DNA from: Deltaproteobacteria bacterium CG11_big_fil_rev_8_21_14_0_20_47_16
GTDB lineage: Bacteria; UBA10199; GCA-002796325; 1-14-0-20-47-16
Direction: 5' to 3'
NCBI GenBank assembly: GCA_002796325.1
Contig: PCXA01000006.1
Coordinates: 70,578 to 134,577 of the forward strand
DNA: 64,000 nucleotides
Position numbers and translations under genes: made by a program. This document shows positions 57,783-64,000 of the stretch, piece after piece. How positions within the stretch are numbered: position 1 is the first letter of the stretch; each line of letters starts with the position of its first letter. The notes beneath the pieces are model-generated. The model worked only from the letters and a program-made list of their open reading frames with translations, did not search any database and was not told the origin of the DNA.

Positions 57783-59039
57783 ATGAAAAATGAACCACTC
57801 ACCATTCGCCGCTGGCCCCGCGCCATCTTACATGTCGACGCCGATTCTTTTTTTGCAAGCGTTGAACAAACCGTCAATCCAGAGCTTAAAGGGAAACCGA
57901 TTGTAACAGGTGCCGAACGTGGGATTGTAACTGCTGCCAGCATTGAGGCGCGTGCACTGGGCATCAGTCGCGGTATGTCGCTATCAGAAGTCACCGCACG
58001 CTGCCCACAATGCCTACTCATCTCCAGTAATTTTGAAAATTACGGCCTTTATTCCAAAGCCATCTTCAATATCCTGCGGCGCTACACACCCGACGTCGAA
58101 GAATATTCAATCGATGAAGCTTTTGCGGATTTGACTGGTACACGCCGCATGCATCACAAATCCTATATCGATATCGCACATGACATTCAAAATACAATCC
58201 ACACCGAATTGGATATTCCTGTCTCTGTTGGTGTCAGCCTTTCCAAAAGCTTAGCCAAATTATGCTCCAAATTCAGAAAGCCACGCGGCATGACTTGTGT
58301 CCCGGGATATTTAATTCACGAACTCCTTGCACGCACACCCGTGGGCAGCATTTGGGGGGTGGGACACAACACCGAAGCCTTACTCAAGAAACACTCTATC
58401 AAAACAGCTCTCGATTTTGTGCGACGCCCGCTCTATTTTGCAGAAGAGCTTCTGGGAAAAGTGGGGGTTGATCTTTGGCAAGAGCTCCGTGGCGACGTTC
58501 GGTATGGTGTCGATGCCTCCGCCAAACAAACCTATGGGTCTATCAGTCGCACCCGCACCTTCACACCACCTTCTTCCAGCCGTGATTATGTCTTTGCACA
58601 ACTGATTCGCAATCTCGAATATGCCATGGCAAAGGCGCGGCGATTTGGTTTGGCAACGTCACGACTCACTGTCTATGCCAAGCAGCAAAACTTTCGCAGC
58701 ACAGCCATTGAATTACAACTTTCCCAACCCAGCAGTTCTCCATTAGATGTCACCGCTCTATTAAGAGAACACTTTCACCACATCTTTAAAGAAGGACACT
58801 TCTATCGGGCAACTGGGGTTACACTTCATCAACTCACACCTCAATCGGGTACCCAATTTAGCCTCTTCGAAGATCCCATGCGCAGCCTCAAAGCCGAATC
58901 AGCGGCACAAGCCATGGATAGCATCACCGCACAATTTGGTCCTGGCAGTGTCTTTTTAGCTGAACGCCTGCATTTAGGATGCCATGCCACCAGCAACAAG
59001 GCCTCTCCACTCCCAACTCTGGAAAAAATCGCCGTCTAA
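57783..59039 (+). CDS. dinB: Y-family DNA polymerase (DinB/UmuC-like, catalytic residues intact)
   Basis: The catalytic acidic residues are HVDADSFFASVE and SIDEAFADLTG. There is a 9-nt gap after lexA, with an AAGGAGG ribosome-binding site. Confidence 0.85.
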   Translation: MKNEPLTIRRWPRAILHVDADSFFASVEQTVNPELKGKPIVTGAERGIVTAASIEARALGISRGMSLSEVTARCPQCLLISSNFENYGLYSKAIFNILRRYTPDVEEYSIDEAFADLTGTRRMHHKSYIDIAHDIQNTIHTELDIPVSVGVSLSKSLAKLCSKFRKPRGMTCVPGYLIHELLARTPVGSIWGVGHNTEALLKKHSIKTALDFVRRPLYFAEELLGKVGVDLWQELRGDVRYGVDASAKQTYGSISRTRTFTPPSSSRDYVFAQLIRNLEYAMAKARRFGLATSRLTVYAKQQNFRSTAIELQLSQPSSSPLDVTALLREHFHHIFKEGHFYRATGVTLHQLTPQSGTQFSLFEDPMRSLKAESAAQAMDSITAQFGPGSVFLAERLHLGCHATSNKASPLPTLEKIAV

Positions 59040-59136
59040 CCCTCTGATTTTTCAGAAACATTATGAAAAATGGGGACTTGACTTCCCAACTCTATAGGGG
59101 ATAATAGTCCCCAGGGGATTAAAGAGAGGGTTCACG

Positions 59137-59412
59137 ATGCCGATCTACGAATATACGTGTCAGTCCTGCCACCATCACTTTGAGGAGATTCAAAAAATCA
59201 GTGATCCCGTGGTAATGGCATGCCCAAAATGTGGCAAAGATGCCTCACGACAAATTTCGCAGACCAGTTTCTCTCTCAAAGGTGAGGGTTGGTATAAAGA
59301 CGGTTATGCCAAACCCGCAAAGAAGGATGCCACAACCTCAACGGCACCCAGCGCAGCACCTGAAAAACCAGTAGCGACCACTTCAAAGCCACCCCCCTCC
59401 AAGGGAGAGTAG
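59137..59412 (+). CDS. FmdB-family zinc-ribbon protein
   Basis: It starts MPIYEYTCQSCHHHFE and has CPKCG further on, giving the CxxC...CxxC ribbon. The tail is Pro/Ala/Lys-rich. Confidence 0.8.
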   Translation: MPIYEYTCQSCHHHFEEIQKISDPVVMACPKCGKDASRQISQTSFSLKGEGWYKDGYAKPAKKDATTSTAPSAAPEKPVATTSKPPPSKGE

Positions 59413-59415
59413 TGT

Positions 59416-60021
59416 ATGGTCGATAAAATTGATCGCCCGGATCCTATTTCCAAATATGAAATTCAAAAAAGCGCTGAAACTCACGACGAGAAGCAGCGCC
59501 AACATGATGAGCGCCATGAGGAGGAAGACGAATTCACCTCTCCCGGCATTGAGACCTCTTGGAATAAATTTCGAGAAGACACACCACGTCGTCAGGTCAT
59601 TACCCTCCAAAGAGATGATGTACGCCAGGCCATTTTTAGACAGGCATCACTCAAACATCGCTCAACCGTTTTAGAGGCCGACCTCATACTCAAAGATGGT
59701 CGCACATTGTCGCATGCCGCCTACGTCTCAAACAATATGGATGATTACTGGAAGTGGAAGGGCTGGGTACCTGGACAAGTTGTCCCCATTGAACTCATGG
59801 TTCAGGGACAAGTCATGCAAGTCAGTATCCCCATGCCGGGTACCAACAAAGTTATATCCAAGGAAGGCACCGGTTCTTCTCGCATTGCTGGAGTACCTTC
59901 CAAAGCAAAACTTTGGCAAGACAGCAAAACGGGTCAGCTCAATTGGTTATGGCTCAGCAAAGTCGGTGCAGCAGTTATCGTTGGATTGTGGGTTGTCGGT
60001 AAACTGGCGAGGTGGTGGTAG
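59416..60021 (+). CDS. Hypothetical protein with acidic N-terminus and C-terminal TM helix
   Basis: The N-terminus is HDEKQRQHDERHEEEDE. The C-terminus is VGAAVIVGLWVVGKLARWW. Confidence 0.4.
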   Translation: MVDKIDRPDPISKYEIQKSAETHDEKQRQHDERHEEEDEFTSPGIETSWNKFREDTPRRQVITLQRDDVRQAIFRQASLKHRSTVLEADLILKDGRTLSHAAYVSNNMDDYWKWKGWVPGQVVPIELMVQGQVMQVSIPMPGTNKVISKEGTGSSRIAGVPSKAKLWQDSKTGQLNWLWLSKVGAAVIVGLWVVGKLARWW

Positions 60022-60023
60022 TC

Positions 60024-62570
60024 ATGGCAGAGTTTGAACCCAAACAATTTGGCAAGTTCTTCCTCCTCGATAAGCTGGCCATTGGCGGCATGGCCGAGAT
60101 TTATAAAGCCAAAACCTTTGGTGCTGAAGGTTTTGAAAAATTACTCGCCATTAAGCGCATCCTGCCCCACTGCGCCGCTGACAAAGATTTTATTTCCATG
60201 CTCATCGATGAAGCCAAACTGTCCGTGCTTCTCTCACATGCCAACATTGTGCAAGTATACGACCTGGGCAAGGTGGGCGATGACTACTTCATCTCAATGG
60301 AGTACATCAGCGGGGTCAATTTACGCGACCTCGTGTACCGCTGCCGAGAACTAGGGCGCACCATTCCCACCGACATTGCCGTCTACATCATCAGCGAAAT
60401 TTGTAAGGGATTGGACTACGCCCATCGCAAAACTGACACGGGCGGACAGCCCCTTCACTTGGTCCATCGCGATATTAGCCCACAGAACGTCCTGATTTCC
60501 TATGAAGGTGAAGTTAAAATCGTGGACTTCGGTATTGCCAAAGCCGCGATGAACATCTCCCATACGATGGCGGGCATCTTGAAGGGAAAGATTGCCTATA
60601 TGTCGCCGGAACAGGCGCTGGGGAAATCCATCGATCACCGCACTGATATTTTTTCCACGGGCATTCTGCTGTATGAGGCTTTAACAGGTGAAAAGCTATT
60701 CTCCGGTGAAAGCCAATTTGAAGTCCTTAAAAAAATTCGGTCCACAAAAATTGATTTATCCCGGCTGCCTACATCAATTCCTAAACCATTGCAGGTCATT
60801 TTGGCACGTGCACTGGCCTATTTTCCAAAAGATCGATTCCAAAGCGCTGGCGACATGCAGATTGAACTCACCAAGTTTTTGTACTCAACATATCATGATT
60901 TTTCACCACAAAAACTTGCGGGCTTTGTTCGAGAAACATTTTCAAATCAGCTCACTCATCAGAATATCCGCGCCCAAACCAGTGCATTACGCGAATCCAA
61001 AACAGGTTCCATCAGCCTGGCCCAAGAAGCCTTGCAAGAAGACATTGTCCATCGGGATGAAACAGGCGCTGCACTCCGAAAATCATCACTCTCTTCACGC
61101 ACACAAAGACCTCTCAAACCATTAGAATCTATTTCGGAACCAACCGATCGTACTGATAATACGCAGCGATCAATCGTATGGCGCATGGGAATCATTGTTG
61201 CCACACTCACTATCCTGGCCAGCCTAGGCGGCATTTACTGGATGCTCATTCATCCCCGACTATTTCCTCCCGTCGTTACTTCTGAACCCATTTTGGGCGA
61301 GGCCATTATTGACTCCACGCCTCCTGGCGCAGCCATTACACTAAATGGAACGGATACCACCAAAACAACACCGGCTCGGCTCACTGACTTGCAGGTTGGT
61401 GAAAGCTATACACTCAAGCTCAGTAAACCTGGCTACGAATCTCAAGAACTACCGCTAGTGGTGACCAACAGTACCACCCCAACCAGCATCACGATTACGC
61501 TGATGGAAGCACGGGGAGTACTTGATTTAAGCACTGTACCCGCGGGCGCTGAAATTCTTTTAGATGGTGCCCCCACCGGAAAATTCACACCTGACACTAT
61601 AAACAATATTACATTGAACGCTAATCATCGCCTTCTTCTTAGAAAAGAAGGCTACACTGATTATGAGCAAATTTTTAATCTCACTAACGATACACCTCAA
61701 ACTGTGGAAATTACGCTTCAATCAAAACCTGAAATCCCAGCCACCCCACCACCGGCTGTAGAACCTGAGAAGCCCGTACAAAAGGTTGAAGAGAAAATTG
61801 AAGAGAAAAAGGTCGAGCCCGTCAAACAGCTTACCCTTTCTGTACGCTCCACTCCTGCAGGCGCTAAAATGGTTTTGGATGGACGTAGCGTGGGTACCAC
61901 ACCAGGAAAACTTCCCGCGCTTGACGTCGGCAGCACCCATACCCTCATTCTTGAGAAGGATGGCTTCACCAGTTCCCGTCGGAAATTTACAGTTTCTGAC
62001 AAGACATCCACGCTCTCTGTAACAATGAAGGAAGTAATTCAACCTCAAGAAAAACCACAGGAACCTATTATTCCACAACCGAAACCCAAAGAAGAACCAA
62101 CCAAGCCGGCAGAGCAACCTAAAAAGGCAATTGCAGGTGGTGTTGGTACAATTAAAGTCAGTTCATCTCCAAGTGGCGCAGATGTCTTCATCAATGGCGA
62201 AATGCGTGGTACCACACCCACGACTGTTTCGGGAGTGTCATCTGGAACAGTGAAAATTATTGTCAGCAAAGAGGGGCAAGCCCGTTACACAACGCAAGTA
62301 TCTCTAAACCCTGGTGAAACAAAAAATTTGGGAACGGTAACCCTTGGGAATATTTATGGTGAAGTTTCAGTGTCCAGCTCCCCCGCAGGTGCAAGCGTGT
62401 CTTTAGATGGCACCAATTATGGTACAACCCCCATCAATATCCGAAAGGTGAAGCGCGACCGACCACACCGTATCCGCATCACGCTTGATGGACATCAGCC
62501 TTGGGAAAGAGCGTTTACATTTGATAACGACGATGTGAAAAAATTTAATGTATCACTAGAAGCACAGTGA
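60024..62570 (+). CDS. Ser/Thr protein kinase with a TM segment and multiple C-terminal PEGA domains
   Basis: The kinase has a Gly-rich loop (LAIGGMAEIYKA), a VAIK-type lysine motif (LAIKRI), the HRD-type catalytic loop (VHRDISPQNVL) and a DFG motif. The TM helix is IVATLTILASLGGIYWMLI. PEGA-like repeats recur (PPGAAITLNG...TTP, PAGAEILLDG, PAGAKMVLDG, PSGADVFINGE...GTTP, PAGASVSLDG...GTTP). The ATG at 60024 follows a GAGGTGG ribosome-binding site. Confidence 0.85.
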   Translation: MAEFEPKQFGKFFLLDKLAIGGMAEIYKAKTFGAEGFEKLLAIKRILPHCAADKDFISMLIDEAKLSVLLSHANIVQVYDLGKVGDDYFISMEYISGVNLRDLVYRCRELGRTIPTDIAVYIISEICKGLDYAHRKTDTGGQPLHLVHRDISPQNVLISYEGEVKIVDFGIAKAAMNISHTMAGILKGKIAYMSPEQALGKSIDHRTDIFSTGILLYEALTGEKLFSGESQFEVLKKIRSTKIDLSRLPTSIPKPLQVILARALAYFPKDRFQSAGDMQIELTKFLYSTYHDFSPQKLAGFVRETFSNQLTHQNIRAQTSALRESKTGSISLAQEALQEDIVHRDETGAALRKSSLSSRTQRPLKPLESISEPTDRTDNTQRSIVWRMGIIVATLTILASLGGIYWMLIHPRLFPPVVTSEPILGEAIIDSTPPGAAITLNGTDTTKTTPARLTDLQVGESYTLKLSKPGYESQELPLVVTNSTTPTSITITLMEARGVLDLSTVPAGAEILLDGAPTGKFTPDTINNITLNANHRLLLRKEGYTDYEQIFNLTNDTPQTVEITLQSKPEIPATPPPAVEPEKPVQKVEEKIEEKKVEPVKQLTLSVRSTPAGAKMVLDGRSVGTTPGKLPALDVGSTHTLILEKDGFTSSRRKFTVSDKTSTLSVTMKEVIQPQEKPQEPIIPQPKPKEEPTKPAEQPKKAIAGGVGTIKVSSSPSGADVFINGEMRGTTPTTVSGVSSGTVKIIVSKEGQARYTTQVSLNPGETKNLGTVTLGNIYGEVSVSSSPAGASVSLDGTNYGTTPINIRKVKRDRPHRIRITLDGHQPWERAFTFDNDDVKKFNVSLEAQ

Positions 62571-62580
62571 GGGAGGCAGC

Positions 62581-63969
62581 ATGACACGCGATACTGAACA
62601 TACGACACAGGTCATTAAAACCGAGGAGACTGGTGATGTTATTAGCCTGCGCAAAGGCCAACTAGTCGTCATCGAAGGCGAAGATAAAGGTCGAAAATTT
62701 CGCTTAGAAAAACCGCAAATTAAAATCGGCAAGAAGGAAGGTAACGATCTGTTGCTTTCCGACAAGACCGTGTCACGCAATCACATTGAGATTGAATATA
62801 CTTCTGACAGCTTCCTTTTACGCGACCTAGGGTCAACCAACGGTACCTATCTCAATGGTACACGTGTTAAGGAGGCCTACTTGGCACCTGGCGATGTCAT
62901 TAAGCTGGGGAACACCTCAATTGAATTTCAAGCATTCAGTGAAACTGTTAAAATTGAACCATCTGAAAACGAATCTTTCGGCAGTATGGTCGCAAAGAGT
63001 CGCAAGATGCGACAAATCTTCGGCATTCTTGAAAAAATTGCCCCTACATTTGCAACAGTTGTTATCGAAGGTGAAACTGGAACGGGTAAAGACCTTGTCG
63101 CGCAGGCTATCCACCACTTTAGCACACGCAAGAATCGTCCATTTATTGTCTTTGACTGTAGCGCCGTGGCATCCAACCTTATTGAAAGTGAACTATTTGG
63201 CCATGAAAAGGGAGCTTTCACGGGTGCGATCAAATCACGCAAAGGCGCATTTGAAGAAGCGGCGGGTGGTACCATATTCCTAGACGAAATTGGCGAACTC
63301 CCCCTAGACTTGCAGCCCAAATTACTTCGTGCGTTGGAACAACGTGAAATTCGCCGTGTAGGTTCCAACATTGCTACTGATATTGATGTTCGTGTTCTCT
63401 GCGCAACTAATCGCGATCTCAAAAAGGAAGTTGCTGAAGGCCGCTTTCGCGAAGATTTATACTACCGCCTATCCGTAGTTAAAATCAACATCCCCCCCCT
63501 ACGCGATCGCCCAGAAGACATCCCCATGATCATTGAGAAAATCCTCAAAGATGCCAAATTTAACCGTACAGTTGATGGAGGCCTGCGCGTCGTACGCGTA
63601 GAAGATGATGCCCTCAAAGTATTACAGCGCTACCAATGGCCAGGAAACGTGCGCGAGCTGGCAAACATTGTAGAACGAGCTGTATCCTTTGCTGAAGGTA
63701 ACAGTATTGCAAAATCCCATCTGGATTATGTGTTTTCGGAACTAGATGCGGAAGAAGAGCACACCGAAAAGCTGGTCATGGATACAGATCTCCCATTCAA
63801 GGAAGCCAAGCAAAAATTGTTGGATGTCTTTGAAAAGGATTATCTCATCGACCTACTCAAGCGAAACAACAACAATCTTTCCAAAGCCGCCCGTGAGGCC
63901 AAGATTGATCGCAAACACATTCGCAATCTTCTTAAAAAGTACGGCATCTCCGTCCGCGATGACGATTAA
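62581..63969 (+). CDS. Sigma-54-dependent transcriptional activator with N-terminal FHA domain
   Basis: The FHA domain has GKKEGNDLLLSDKTVSRNHIEI...LGSTNGTYLNG. The AAA+ sigma-54 interaction domain has GETGTGKDLVAQAIH, ESELFGHEKGAFTGA and the GAFTGA motif. A C-terminal Fis-type helix-turn-helix is present. Confidence 0.9.
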   Translation: MTRDTEHTTQVIKTEETGDVISLRKGQLVVIEGEDKGRKFRLEKPQIKIGKKEGNDLLLSDKTVSRNHIEIEYTSDSFLLRDLGSTNGTYLNGTRVKEAYLAPGDVIKLGNTSIEFQAFSETVKIEPSENESFGSMVAKSRKMRQIFGILEKIAPTFATVVIEGETGTGKDLVAQAIHHFSTRKNRPFIVFDCSAVASNLIESELFGHEKGAFTGAIKSRKGAFEEAAGGTIFLDEIGELPLDLQPKLLRALEQREIRRVGSNIATDIDVRVLCATNRDLKKEVAEGRFREDLYYRLSVVKINIPPLRDRPEDIPMIIEKILKDAKFNRTVDGGLRVVRVEDDALKVLQRYQWPGNVRELANIVERAVSFAEGNSIAKSHLDYVFSELDAEEEHTEKLVMDTDLPFKEAKQKLLDVFEKDYLIDLLKRNNNNLSKAAREAKIDRKHIRNLLKKYGISVRDDD

Positions 63970-64000
63970 CTAACATATAACCGATTATACGTCGCTCGCC

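Noticed and set aside
1-64000. Search for tRNA/rRNA genes, CRISPR arrays, integrases/transposases or prophage blocks
   Set aside because: No cloverleaf-like conserved tRNA motifs (GTTC-type T-loop with a matching acceptor stem) were found in intergenic gaps. There are no regularly spaced direct repeats and no recombinase-like ORFs. The window appears to be chromosomal backbone with accessory insertions of single genes or small cassettes only.

Overview
This 64 kb window is a gene-dense chromosomal segment from a diderm (Gram-negative) bacterium with roughly 50% GC. It shows no rRNA, tRNA, CRISPR array, transposase or prophage signatures.

Housekeeping content:
- A complete E. coli-type histidine operon, hisG-D-C-B-H-A-F-IE, preceded by a YerC/TrpR-like gene.
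- ftsK-lolA, a probable lolB fragment at the window edge, queG, ligA, pyk, lexA plus a Y-family polymerase, and dacB.
- xseA-xseB-ispA arranged in Bacillus-like synteny with tlyA.

Accessory and unusual content:
1. A RuBisCO-like protein (form IV, RLP) plus an unknown 210-aa protein occupy exactly the position where dxs sits in the conserved xseB-ispA-dxs(-tlyA) block.
2. A short GC-rich palindromic repeat occurs three times. Two of those copies are inserted in-frame inside a hybrid histidine kinase gene.
3. A second repeat family, about 50 nt long, forms terminator hairpins with an identical GGTGTGGGACACC core at three gene ends.
4. A CsoR-linked OMP / MerP-like / MerT-like metal cluster has a CsoR-type operator palindrome over its promoter.
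5. A three-gene cassette of unknown proteins has two tandem ~440-aa paralogues and a glycine-zipper C-terminus on the first protein.
6. A fusion enzyme (unknown domain, SAM-methyltransferase, HAD) is translationally coupled to a binding protein and a hybrid sensor kinase.
7. Large secreted proteins include an S8 protease with FG-GAP-like repeats and a beta-helix protein with a Cys-containing C-terminal sorting tail.
8. Two large Ser/Thr kinases are present: one of AAA/TPR type, one of PEGA type sitting next to an FHA-sigma54 activator.
9. A patatin phospholipase is linked to TPR and HEAT-like proteins.

Every call comes from reading the translated ORFs and the DNA by eye. No database search was run.
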